Source: Prorocentrum cordatum (Eukaryota). From it: a stretch of DNA of 56,342 nucleotides. The stretch lies in the NCBI GenBank assembly GCA_963575745.1, contig CAUYUJ010000095.1, positions 62,001-118,342 on the forward strand. Reading direction: 5' to 3'. The translations under genes were made by a program, and so were the position numbers. Of this stretch, positions 23,286 through 35,078 are shown one piece after another (within the stretch, counting starts at the first letter, position 1; each line of letters starts with the position of its first letter). The notes beneath the pieces are model-generated. The model did not search any database. It was not told the DNA's origin and worked only from the letters and a program-made list of their open reading frames with translations.

Positions 23286-24932
23286 GCTGGTCCTGGGCCC
23301 GCCCGACGCCGAGTGGCGAAAGGGTCGGCGGGTCGACCAGTCGAGGGCACCGAGAGGCAGGACAGCCAACAGGGAGGTCATGAAAGCGACGGCAGTAGTG
23401 CGGGCCATCCCGCCTCCTCGCGTCCACATGTTTTTCCTCACAACTTTGGTAGTATTGCCCCCTCTGTCTCTCTCTCTCCCTCTCTCTCTCTCTCTCTCCC
23501 TCTCTCTCTCTATATATAGCTGTCTTCCTCCCCATCTCGTACACCATCGTTCACTCTCACAGGCACCCTTGCTCTCTCCCTCCACCCCCCCTCGACCCGC
23601 ACAGGAGTCGTGGGTTCGCACTACTCTTGTGTTTGAAGATGCCGTGCTGCTCGAATCACTAGATGCTGCTCGTGATGCTTCTAGGGATGTCATTTCGCGC
23701 ACTCTGACCCGACAGATCAGCTCATCCTTCCGTTCAGCTGGCCCACCTTCATGTCATGGTCGCGGCCTTGATATCTAAGACCCAGTGTGTCAACGAGACA
23801 GAAACGCGTTTCTTCCACAGGTCACTTCACAGGCGACCGCCTCATGGTCTGGGCATCGATCGATCGATCTGCATTCACGATGGCATCGCCGCCTCACGAC
23901 GTATAGACATCCAAATCCAAACAAACATTCCCTTCGCAGCATTTCCCACCCGCCCCGGCCCTCCGTTTGTTTCTCCCGCCTGAAACCTCCTCCTCGCCAT
24001 TATTGTCCGTGCTGCTTAGAAGCGTCGGGGACGTGCTGACCTGGGTCAATGCAAGCCCAGGTCAAGCGGGTCTTGCAGGATCCTGCAACACCCTGCTGGA
24101 TCCTGCACCAGAGTCCAGGTCAGTGCACCCCTGGCTTTGTAGGATTCTGAAACATCCGGCGCTCTGACGGCCCCCCTTTTACATCGACCCCCATCTGTTG
24201 AGCCCCGAGAGCGTCCCGTACCCCCCGCTCGGGCTAGCCTGTAGTCGTTCATCACGCTGCTGTGCGGCAGGTAGGAATGGTGGTCGCCCACGCACTTGCA
24301 GCGTGGAGCGCCGCCGGGACCTCTGGCTCATCCACTGGCACCGAATACCTCCCGCCACCCCCCTCCTCCCTCCTGCCTCCTTGGGGCGTCTCCTTCTCGC
24401 TCCTCCTTCCCTCCTCCCTCCCTCCCCTCCTTCCCTCCTCCCTCCCTCCCTCCCGCCTCCTCCTTCCCCAACTACTCTCTCCTTCCCTCCCCTTCCTCCT
24501 CCCTGCCCATCTCGGTCCGATTCCTGACTCGCCCGTCTCATCTCCTTCTCTCAGCCCAGACATCTGGCCGCTCCATTTGCTTCAACGCGTGAGCCCTAGA
24601 GGTCTGGCCCACTTCTCCAGGGCCCCTGTCTCGTCCGGAGTCGTTTCTTTGACGGTCCCGCTGCCCGGCGAGGGCCCCTGGATGCAGATCACGGACCCAA
24701 ACCCGCCGCTCCAAGATTGTTCGGAGCGTCGGATCTCTGAGAACCGATAGGAGAAGAACAAAAACATATGAACAACTTTTGGCGCTCGGCGCGGATTTCT
24801 TGGATCCGCGCGGGGCCCCCCGGCGGCGCCTCCCGCGCCGCCCCTTGGGCCAGGGGCACTTCTAACAGCACCCGATCTCTCTCTCTCTCTGTCTCCCTCT
24901 CTCTGCCTTTTTTGCTCTCTCTCTCTCTTTTT

Positions 24933-24980
<48 letters not shown>

Positions 24981-25324
24981 GGACACGTACTGCATCTCAC
25001 CATTCCGATGCAGTCCCTCCCTCGTGCTTTTATCTGTTTGCTGGCCCATAGCCCCACGAGGCGCAGCCGTTCGGGAGGAGACGGCGAGGAAGATGCCGAC
25101 AGCCCGCGCGTGCTCTGGAGCTCCCGTGCGCCCCCAACTGTGGCGGCTGTGGCGAGCAGGGCGAGGGTGGCACCGGAGCTGAGGCCAGCCTCGCCCTGGC
25201 ACGAGGAAGCTGCATGCACCGGGCGTGGCAGGCCTGGGCGGGAGCTGGGCAGGCGTGTGTCCGCCTGCCTGTCTCGCGCTCGGCGCTCGGGTGGCCGTGC
25301 ACGCTCGGCCTTGTCACGGTCCAA

Positions 25325-25445
25325 AGAATAGTCAGGGGACGATTTGTTTTACTGTTCTCGCGCATGGTTAAATAATTCTGGATATTGTTATGATACTTGC
25401 GACGCTTCTTCCAAAATCCGCTGCAGGAGGACATGCCCGACCTAA
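25325..25445 (-). mobile_element. MITE family A, truncated reverse copy
   Basis: cttccaaaatccgctgcaggaggacatgcccgacctaa matches the end of the copy at 43590-43750. Confidence 0.65.
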
Positions 25446-26065
25446 CCTCAGTGGGCCCCGAAAAACGGCGGGGCCGATGTTTCACTGTCTCCGAAAACGT
25501 GGTCCTGGAACATGGCAGCGGTAGCGAAAGCGGCGACGGCACAGGCTCGACGGAGCCGGCAACAACAGCGGCAAAACGGAACGGGCAACAAGAACTGCCC
25601 TGTCGTCCCCAGGGCCCACGGGGTGCCCGGCATCCGCACGCGTGTCCAGCGCGCGGCCTCTGGATGTGTCCACACGCGAGCCAGCCGCATGGGCTGCCAG
25701 CTTCCGGGTAATGCCGAGGTGCCGCCTGACAGGTAGGTTCTCAGGGAGGGGGAGGAGACGGGGGCGCCAGGAATCGGACCGATTGGGCAGGGAGGAGAAG
25801 AGAGGGAGGGAGGGAGGGAGGAGGGAGGGCAGGAGGGCCCACTAAGCACCGAAGGAGAAAGAGGTTGCGGCGACGGCGGAACTGCGCATGGATTCTGCGC
25901 GCCCAGAGTCAGGCGGAGCGATCGGATCGTTGCCCGAATTTCTGAAGGCTTTGGCCCCAGGCCTAGGGGAGCGGCCCCGAGCGAGCGTGCCCGGCCAAGC
26001 ACGCAAAGGGAGCGGCGAGCACAGCCGAGGCACCAGGCACACCTCACGCCTACTCATCGTGACCC

Positions 26066-26692
26066 AGAGGAGAAAAAGGAGGAGGAGGAGGAGAAGGAGG
26101 AGGAGGAGGAGGAGGAGGAGGAGGAGGAGGAGGAGGAGAGAAGGAGGAGGAGGAGGAGAGAGGGAGGAGGAGAGAGGGGAGGGAGGAGGAGGAGGAGGAA
26201 GGAGGAGGAGGAGGAGGAGGAGGAGGAGGAGGAGGCAGAGGAGGAGGAGAGGGGGAGGAGAAGTAGGAGGAGGAGACGAGGAGGAGGAGGAGGAGGAGGA
26301 GGAGGAGGGGGAGGAGGAGGAGGAGAGGAGGAGGAGGAGGAGGAGGAGGAGGAGGAGGAGGAGGAGGGGGAGAGGAGGAGGAGGAGGGGGCGGAGGAGGA
26401 GGAGGAGGAGGAGTGGTAGGAGGAGGAAGCCTTCCCACGTTGCTAGCGGCCTGCCACGGCGCCGCACGCGTAGCAGAATTGGCAGCCGCAGCGGCAGGTC
26501 ATCTGCGCGCGGGGGGGACGTCGCTCGGGGCGCGGCTGGGGGGTCAGCCCGCCCTTCCTCCTCCTCCTCCTCCTCCTCCGCCTCCTCCTCCTCCTCTCCC
26601 ACTTCTCCTCCCACTCCTCCCCACCACCACCACCACCGCCTTCTAAAACAGGATTATCATCATCCCCCTCCTCCTCCTCATCATCAACGTCG

Positions 26693-26725
<33 letters not shown>

Positions 26726-26739
26726 GCATCATCATCATC

Positions 26740-26771
<32 letters not shown>

Positions 26772-27270
26772 CGTCATCATCAGCCTAGTCATCATCATCA
26801 TCATCACCACCACCATCATCGTCAACAGCATCATAAGCATCAGCAGCATCAGCAGCATCATCATCAGCATCATAATAATATTCAACTTCGTCATCATGAT
26901 CATGATCGTCATCCTCATCACCAGTATCATCATCATCATCATCCTCATCATCATCATCGTCATCATCATCATCATCATCAGTGGCATCATAATCGTCATC
27001 AACAGCAGCATCCTCCTCATCAGTATCCTCATTGGCATACTCGTCCATCTCATCATCCTCATCATCATCACCATCAACATAATCCGCATCACCATCATCC
27101 TTATCATCATCCAATTACCACCATCCCCATCACCACGAACACCGTGATCATCTGCATCACCATCAGCAACATCGGCACCATCATCAACATCATCATCATC
27201 ACCATCATCACACTCACTATCATCACCATCACCATCATCACCATTCTCAACATCATCATCATATCAGTAT
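26066..27270. repeat. compound microsatellite: (GAG)n 26066-26425, (CCT) ~26555, (CAT)n 26655-27270
   Basis: Direct reading. Confidence 0.95.
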
Positions 27271-27366
27271 CATTGCCATCGTCATCGCCACCGTTGCCGC
27301 CATCGCCATCACCAGCACCATCACGTCACCCCTCGCTTCGCTTCGTCCCTCTCCCGCCTGCCTCCA

Positions 27367-27561
27367 TCGGGCCGGGCGAAATGGGGGGATAGCAAAGGGG
27401 GGGCTGAGAATCAGCTCACGTAGCTGATTTTCCCGGCGCCCCCCGGCGCCGGGAGGCGCCCATGTATCGAGGAATGGGTCCGGCGGCGCGGCCGAAACCA
27501 GCTGCACGCAGCAGATTTCGTAACCCCCCCTTTCCCTATCCCCCCCTTTCGTTCGGCCCGA
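27367..27561 (+). mobile_element. MITE with ~36-bp TIR (copy 1; copy 2 at 45432-45607)
   Basis: tcgggccgggcgaaatggggggatagcaaagggg / cccctttccctatccccccctttcgttcggcccga. TSD not resolved. Confidence 0.8.
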
Positions 27562-27972
27562 TCCCAGCTTTTGGCGGTCGTCGGGCTTAGGTGTTCGAAC
27601 TGACGTTGTGTGCCGTTTCGGATGTTGTTGTGCCATGTTTTGGCCAGATCGGACCCCTTCAGCAGGTCGGGAGACGATGTTTGACCCGCCCGCTCGCCGT
27701 CCTATCTCGTAAACCAAAACCAAGACCAACGACACGCTGGTCGGACAACCCCCATCGGCGTACTGCGGTGGACGATGCATCTGGCTCTTGTGCTAAGAGC
27801 GGTATTGAGAACACGCGCAGCTTGAAAGACAACGCACGTGTCACTGATAGTTTTCCTCCCTATACCCCCGTCCCCAGAAAGACTCGAGCACCCGTCGAGG
27901 ACCTGACGTGCCTCTGCAGCCTCGGCCTCCAGAGGCTGCCTTCGGGTGCCGTGGCCGTCAGATGACCACGAA

Positions 27973-28167
27973 AAAACACATCCCCAATCCCAAAATCGCG
28001 GATTCACCGAGGATTCCAAGATCGGCCAGAGATTCCGGGGTATGTTTTGCGTTCGTCGTCGTCGCCCTGGTCAAACCCTACCCCAAAATCTCCCTCCCCG
28101 AAGTCTCGAGGAGCCTGCAGCTTGGTTTGTCTTGGCCCTCGCGTTTTTGGGATTGGGCATCTGTTTT
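27973..28167. mobile_element. MITE-like element with ~28-bp TIR
   Basis: aaaacacatccccaatcccaaaatcgcg / cgcgtttttgggattgggcatctgtttt. Single copy in the window. Confidence 0.65.
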
Positions 28168-28309
28168 GACTTAAGGATCAGCCGGCCCCCAATGGCAGGG
28201 TCAGGATCAGTCAGCACCGCTTCGGGAAACCGGAGCGACTCGACATGCGCGTCGGATCGAGCTGACATCGGCACGGCGCCGGAATTGGATCGGATCGGCT
28301 GCGCCATGT

Positions 28310-28480
28310 GAAAGGGGCCCCAGAACACACACACACACACACATAAATACACACAAATAAAAGAGTCCCCATATTTTCCTATATTTTCTGGGTGTTTGTC
28401 TTCCCCCCCACTTCCCATATTTTCCCATATTTTCCTGGGGATCGTCGATTAATTGTGTCTGTGTGTTTTTTCCCTCCTGA
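28310..28480 (+). mobile_element. family S copy 2 (TSD CATGT/CATGT)
   Basis: Homologous to 8727-8888, with a perfect 5-bp TSD. Confidence 0.85.
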
Positions 28481-29419
28481 CATGTGCACGACAGCGCCAC
28501 GCAGACATCTGGCCGCATCGGATCGCCCGAAGATCGGCACCACCTCGGATGGGGCCGACCGAAATCGACGCCGAAGCAGGACCGTTTGGGCCGGAGAGGC
28601 ACACCGCAGGGATCGAGAAAAGACCGGGGCCCATCGGCTCGGAGGTACCGAGTCGTCGGAGGCATGGGGCCACATGCGAGGGGGTAAGAGACGGAAGGAC
28701 TGTCCCAGGGGGGGAACATCGACCTGGAGTCGGGGATACATTGCCGACGCATCGTCGATAGTCCCCCGATCGCGAGACGGCCATGCTCCTGGAAGGGGGT
28801 GGGCTATGGGGCCCCTATGAGCGATGAGTGGGCGATTGGAGATCGATGTGGTCCCCCTAAACCTACGGCAGAAAAAAAAATTCTGAGCGCGTCACGGCGG
28901 CGGCCCTGGCGATACACTATGCCTTGCAATAGGATAGCGGGTCGCGCCGCTCCGTGGGGCGAGAGGCTGGGAGAGGCCAAGAACATTAACGTTTGGAAAC
29001 TGGGACGTGGTTAGCGTGGCGCGCCTCCGGTTGCAACCGATGGGAGCCGCCTGTGCCATTTTGCTGGCTCTTGCGAACGGCGAATCAATGCTGACCGACG
29101 CTGGCTGACGCTAACTCGACGCTAGCCGATGCTAAATCGCCGCCCATCGACGCCTCCTCATCGATTTGCAGACGCTAGCACACACTAGCGCACCCCAAAG
29201 GCGGAATCACGAGGACACGCAATGCTACCATCTCGAAGCGCGGAATGACGAGGGCACGCAAAGGCTACCGTACCATGACTTGCCACCGAACTGACCGAAT
29301 TGATGCCTAAGGAACTGGGACGCGTGAGGCGCCGAAAAGCGCGGTGGGCCAGAAACGGGCGGCGCGACACGCTAAGCACAAACGTTCCCGACCGTGCGGC
29401 CAGGAACTTCTGCTTAGCG

Positions 29420-29577
29420 TTAGGTCGGGCATGATCCCCATACAGGCGGACTTTAGACGAAACAAGAAATACGCAACACAATACCCCAAAAGAGTCAAAC
29501 ATCCTCCAAACAACGTCCCCATACTGTTCTTTGGAATTCTCTGATATTTCTCCTGTAGAGGAACACGCCCGACTTGA
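29420..29577 (+). mobile_element. MITE family A copy (8-bp TSD gcttagcg/gctcagca)
   Basis: TIR ttaggtcgggcatg..tacagg / cctgtagaggaacacgcccgacttga. Confidence 0.8.
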
Positions 29578-29585
29578 GCTCAGCA

Positions 29586-29854
29586 AGGGCTCCCAACTCC
29601 GCGCTTCGCGCCGCGCGAGGCGCGAAGTGCGAACCACTTCGCGCTCTCGCGCCGCCTCCCAGGGGAGGAGCAGGAGGAGGAGGAGCAGGAGGAGGAGGAG
29701 GAGGAGGAGGACGGAGGAGGAGCAAGAGGAGGGAGGTTGGGGAGGAAAAGGAGGAGGAGGAGGAGGAGGAGGAGGAGGAGGAGGAGGGAGGATGAGGAGG
29801 AATCGGAGCCGAACCGCGAAGCGCGAAGATCTTCGCGCCCTCGAGGGCGCCCTC
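29586..29854 (+). mobile_element. hAT-like MITE family H copy 2 with expanded internal (GAG)n
   Basis: TIR agggctccc/gggcgccct, flanks gctcagca/gctcagcg, homologous to 23122-23285. Confidence 0.75.
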
Positions 29855-29957
29855 GCTCAGCGTGTCGCTCCAGCGGCCCCAGCGCCGCTGCGCTGCGCGG
29901 GGCGGGGGGCCAGGGAAAGCTGCCAACGTTGCTGCTTGGGCACCGGGACCCGGTCAG

Positions 29958-30120
29958 TGAAGGGGCCCTGGGACACACAAATAAACATGCACAAATGCCA
30001 GGATTCCCCATGTTTCCAAATATTTTCTGGGTTCTTGTCTTCCCCCGCCACTTCCCATATTTTCCCATACTTTCGAGGGAATCGACGATGCATTTGTGAA
30101 TGTGTCTTTTTCCCTCCTGA
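29958..30120 (+). mobile_element. family S copy 3 (TSD gtcag/gttag)
   Basis: Homologous to 8727-8888. Confidence 0.85.
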
Positions 30121-31360
30121 GTTAGGAAGGGAAGCGGGCAAAAACGCGTTTTCTCAGCGCTCCGCGCGGACTTCTCGCATCGGCGCTGGGCCCCCCCTCC
30201 CTGGCGCGCTCCGCGCGCCACAGGCGGCGCCGGAGGGCGCCTCCGGGGGAGCTCCGGCGCAGCGCCAAGGCGTCCGCACGGACTGTCGAGCGTGCACGTG
30301 TCTACCGTTTTCGTATATTCGAGAAGCGTGGTGGGCCAGAACCGCTGCGCGACACGCTGAGCAGTCGTTCCCGACCGAATCCCAGGAGGACCCAAAATCG
30401 AATCGATAAGTCGGATCGGCAATCGAAGTGATGCGGATCGGAGGAAATCGGCAGCCGAGTCGGGAGGAGTGGAATCGGCGGACACCGGCAGGCTAGTGGG
30501 CCTCAGTAGGGAAATCGGAATCCGAATCTGAATCCGAAGTCGCATCGAATCGGAATCGGAGCCCATTGAGATCCAACCGAATCGAATCGGAGGAATCGAA
30601 ACGAGCCCTGGTACCCCCCCCCCCTGAGGAGGAGGAGTCGCACCGCATGAAGGCCTTGCCTCCACAAGTTCGCCTACCTCTGCAGGCCTTGCACATCTGG
30701 GGCCCTGCGGACAATCACTCTGAGACGCGCTACAATCGTTCGTCGAGCAAGAGCAGCCGAGGGAGAGGGACGTGGGCGCAGGGCTTGAAAAAGCAGAGTG
30801 CATGCAACCGTGAACTGTGGGCCAACTCGGGAGCACCGTGCCATGAGCACGAGGCAAAAGGCGAGGGAGCAAGGAGCCTCAGAGGATCACCGCGATCACC
30901 GCCCCAACCGTGGAGGGGGTCAGCAGCAGCAGGCGCGGAGAGGGCGGCAGCGGGAGGAGGCCGCGGCCGCCGGCCTTGTCGCAGCCGTGGCCCAGGCCCG
31001 CGCCCTGCTTCTCGATCGGGGAGGCACACTGCGGGCACACGCGCACGCCTGCGCCGCCCACCCCCCCCGCCTCCCGCCCGCCCCCCCCGACGTGGTCCTC
31101 GCCCGGGGCTTCTCGGAGACACGGACGTCCAGGCACCTCTTCCCTCGTCCTCCCTTCTGCTATCAGGCATCCGCGCAGCCAAGGGCAGAATCCGTGGGCG
31201 CGGCCCGCGGGGCCTCCCTGGCGGCGGGGGAGCCGCGGGTCGGCTGCGCTCGCGGGAGAGGGGGGCCTCGCCGCGTCTACGCGGGACACGGTCGAGGGGT
31301 CCTTCTCCAACTCCTGCTCCTGGCCCCGCCTCTTCCTCGTCCTCCCCTCCAGCCGTCTCT

Positions 31361-31374
31361 TGGGGGGGGGGCCC

Positions 31375-31425
<51 letters not shown>

Positions 31426-31559
31426 AAAAAGACACACATCCCAGGAGTCCCTATATTTTCAATAGTCTGTCGGTTTTGTTCTTCTACCCCACTTTCAATG
31501 TCTCCTTTATTTTCCGAGGGATCGACGATTGTGTCTCTGTGCGCTTGTTCCCCTTATGA
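31361..31559 (+). mobile_element. family S copy 4, degenerate, with (CA)n expansion
   Basis: gggcccagggacacac...atcgacgattgtgtctctgtg...ttccccttatga. TSD not recognisable. Confidence 0.7.
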
Positions 31560-31699
31560 TTATCTCCCCCTCCTGCACTATGGCGCCCTTAGGCCCTGCG
31601 GCCTCTGCCGGCCCCTGGAGAGAAGGAGGACGAGGAGGAGATTTGCAGAGGTCGAGGGGACGGGGGTGAGGATTGGAGTGAAGAGTAGAAGGGGGCGAG

Positions 31700-32155
31700 G
31701 AGAGAGAGGAGGAGGAGGCGGAGGAGGAGGAGGAGGAGGAGGAGGAGGAGGAGGAGGAGAAAGAGGAGGAGAAAGAGGAGGAGAAAGAGGAGGAGAAAGA
31801 GGAGGAGGAGGAGGAGGAGGAGGAGGAGGAGGGGGAGGAGAGGAGGAGGAGGAGGAGGACAAGAAGGAGTATGAGGAGGAGGAGGAGGAGGAGGAGGAGG
31901 AGGAGGAGGAGGAGGAGGAGGAGAGGAGGAGGGGGAGGAGGGAGGAGGAGGAGGAGGAGCAGGAGGAAGGCGGAGGCGGAGGAGGAGGAGGAGGAGGAGG
32001 GATGAGGACGAGGAGGAGGAGAGGGAGGAGGAGGGAGGAGGAGGAGGAGGAGCAGGAGAAGGCGAAGGCGGAGGCGGAGGAGGAGGAGGAGGAGGAGGAG
32101 GAGGAGGAGGAGGAGGAGGAGGAGGAGGAGGAGGAGGGAGGAGGGAGGAGGGAGG
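31700..32155. repeat. (GAG)n microsatellite
   Basis: Direct reading. Includes 12-bp ggagaaagagga subrepeats. Confidence 0.95.
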
Positions 32156-33097
32156 GACGAATAGGGAGGAGCGGGGTCAGAGAAGAAGAGGAAATTCAGG
32201 GGGAGGTCAGGGGAGGATGCCAGGCGAGGCGGAGAAGCCAGACAAGCTGGAAGATGGGAAGACAGGGAGGATCCTCACGAACAAGGGCAGGAGGAGCTGG
32301 GAGAGAAGAGAAGAGAGGCAGACAGCGCGCAGCATGAACGGCACGAGAGCATGAGAGAAAACAGGACTCACTCCCTGGCGCATGGCTGTTCCCCCGATCC
32401 GGACATGAACCCCCCCTGACCCCAAGGGTCTTGCAAGGCTGTCCCGGGAGCCTCCGGTGCACTCTGAACCGCGCTTCAATGGTCTGCACAGGAGTCCAGG
32501 GGAGGTGGCAGCGGACGTGACTACAGCCAAGCTGCTGCAAGACAGACCGCTACATAAGACAGACACGACGCCCCCTTCTCGGACACAAAGAAGCCTGGCT
32601 TCAGCATGAGTGTCAGGAGGAACCACTGTGGAAGGACCTCAGAAACCGCGAGCCCCGTCCGAGCCTGAACTGCTCCTGTTTCAGGCGCCTCGACTGTACG
32701 GGTGCGAGTTGGCAACAGGAGGGGAACCAGGATGATGATGTCCATATCCACTGACGAGGGGTCGTGTTTTGAGGGCTCGAGGACTGTGGATATGGATGCC
32801 CACAACTCCTCAACATCCCAAGGCAGGACGCCGAAGCGGTGGATACAGTCAGCCCACATAGTAGTGATGAACATGTTTCTAAGGTAACCCTTGCATCCTT
32901 CCCCTTCGGCCCATCCTTGGCCACTTTCCCCATCCATATGGACATGGCGGAGGGCAGAAATTGGTAGGCGGGAAACTCGCCTTCCTCTCTGGAGACACGG
33001 ATTGTGCAGAAGAGGCTCTGGAATTTGCCCCGCGCGTTGCATTGTCCTCTGCGCTTTGGCGAAAAGTCAGAGGACACCGTTTGACCCCTGCGTAGTC

Positions 33098-33257
33098 CTA
33101 GGTCGGGCGAGTCCAGTTTCAGGCGTATTTTGGACGAAAAACTGAAAATAGCCCAAACATAATCAAACATAACCCAGACATGCTCAGAACATCGTCCCCA
33201 GATCATTGCTTTACTGTTTTTGAGTATTCCTCCTGTAGAGTGACAGGCCCGACTTAC
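33098..33257 (+). mobile_element. MITE family A copy (8-bp TSD gcgtagtc/gcgtggtc)
   Basis: ctaggtcgggcg...cctgtagagtgacaggcccgacttac, TSD 7/8. Confidence 0.85.
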
Positions 33258-33359
33258 GCGTGGTCTCATGCGAATGCAGGGCCCTCCGCTTTGTTCAACG
33301 ATGGCCTGCCTGCAGGGGTCCGCGGGGCCCTCCTGGCCCGGCCGCCGAGGCGTCGGCGG

Positions 33360-33577
33360 CGAGGAGGAGGAGGAGGAAGAGGAGGAAGAGGAGGAAGAGG
33401 AGGAGGAGGAGGAGGAGGAGGAGGAGGAGGAGGGGGAGGAGGGGGAGGAGGGGGGCGGAGGGGGAGGGGGAGGGGAGGAGGAGGAGGAGGAGGAGGAGGA
33501 GGAGGAGGAGGAGGAGGAGGAGGAGGAGGAGGAGGAGGAGGGGGGAGGAGGAGGAGGCGGAGGAGGAGGAGGAGGAG
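33360..33577. repeat. (GAG)n microsatellite
   Basis: Direct reading. Confidence 0.95.
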
Positions 33578-34149
33578 CCTCCGCTCCGCGGCGAGCGGCG
33601 GCGCCCGGGCCAAAGAGTTGGGAATGTCTGGGGGGTCAGGTCTGTAGGAGAGCCCGCAGGGGCGTCGGCAGGGCCGTCTTAGTCGCTCGTTGCCGTGACT
33701 CTTGGTTCGCACATTTTCGCGTCAACGTGCTCTTGGTGCGCGAAATGTCTGGTCCAGATTTCCGTTGCACCGAGGGCCCAGCATGGCTTCCATCTAGAAC
33801 TTCAAATTCTGAGGTCGTCTCACAGGGTTTCATTGCAAACGGCGCCTAACACGTCTGGGCAAAAGGCCGAAATCGATGTGTAAACGAGCTTAGAGGCCAC
33901 GCGAATAACAAAAACGCCGCATCTAATGATATGGTGCACCCAAACGGACCTGCACTAACACACTGTCAAATCATGGGGCAACCAGCGCCCGTCGAACACA
34001 GCCGCGTTTAAGACCGGACAAGGCATCCTACAACAGGCCCGCGTTTCCGCGAAATGTTGTCGGGCGCCAGCGGTGCAAACCCCGCGGCCGTAGCGCGCTA
34101 ACTGAGAAGACAGCCTGACGGCGATGTCTCTGCGCAAAGCGGCCAAATC

Positions 34150-35078
34150 CTGCCGCGCGCGCGGCGGCGCAGAGGCTGCCCCCGTTGCACTTCTCCACGC
34201 GCAACGGCCCAACGCATGCGTTTCCCGCGGGGGGCGACCCGGCGCCTCCGCGCGCGCGGCGGCGCAGGGGCTGCCCCCATCGCATTCTTACGCAAGCAGC
34301 TCAGCGCCGCCGCGCGCGCGGCGGCGCAAAGGTCGCCACCGTCAAAATTCTCCGCGCACGACGGCCAAGCGCCGCCGCGCGCACGACGGCGCGGGAACGG
34401 CTCGCGTTGCGTTTTCTGCTCGCGAAGGCCCCAGCCCGCCGCGCTCGCGGCGGCGAAGAGGCCGCCTCCATTTCGCCTCTCCATGCACGACGGCACAGCG
34501 CCGCCGCGCGCACGGAAGGGCCGAAGCTGGTCTCGTCGCATTTTGTCTGAGCGCGGCGGCCCAGCGCCGCCGCGCGCGCGGCGGAGCAGGGGCCGCCTCC
34601 ATTGCGTTCCCTCGCGCACGCAGGCGGCCGCCGCGCGCGCGGCGGCGCAATGGCCGCTCGCGATGCGCTTCTCCGCGCACGACGGCCCAGCGTCGCCGCG
34701 CGCGCGGCGGCGCAGGGGCCGCCGGCGGCGCGTCTTCCGCGCGCGACGGCCCAGCGCCGCCGCGCGCGCGCGGCGGCGCAGAGACCCCCCCCCCGCTGCA
34801 TGTCACAGCAATCGACGGCACAGCGACGCCGCGCGAGCGACGGCGCAGAAGCTGGCCTCGTCGCAATTTGCCCACGCGCGACGGCGCAGCGCCGCCGCGC
34901 GCGCGGCGGCGCAAGGGCCGCCTCCATTGCGTTCCCCTGTGCACGACGGCACGGCGCCCCCTCGCGCGGCGTCGCAGAAACCGCGCGGCGTCGCAGAAAC
35001 CGCCGGCGCAGAGGCCGCTCCCGTTGCATGCCTCCACGCACGTCGGCTCAGCGCTTCCGCGCGCGCGCGGCGGCGTGG
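34150..35078 (+). repeat. ~65-bp-period array with 24-bp palindromic core, ~14 units
   Basis: gcgccgccgcgcgcgcggcggcgc or variants at ~34151, 34242, 34304, 34369, 34434, 34498, 34564, 34624, 34690, 34754, 34823, 34889, 34954 and 35051. Confidence 0.9.

Noticed and set aside
29050..29072. Dinoflagellate spliced-leader relic (gccattttgctggctc)
   Set aside because: Only a short gapped match to CCGTAGCCATTTTGGCTCAAG, compatible with chance.
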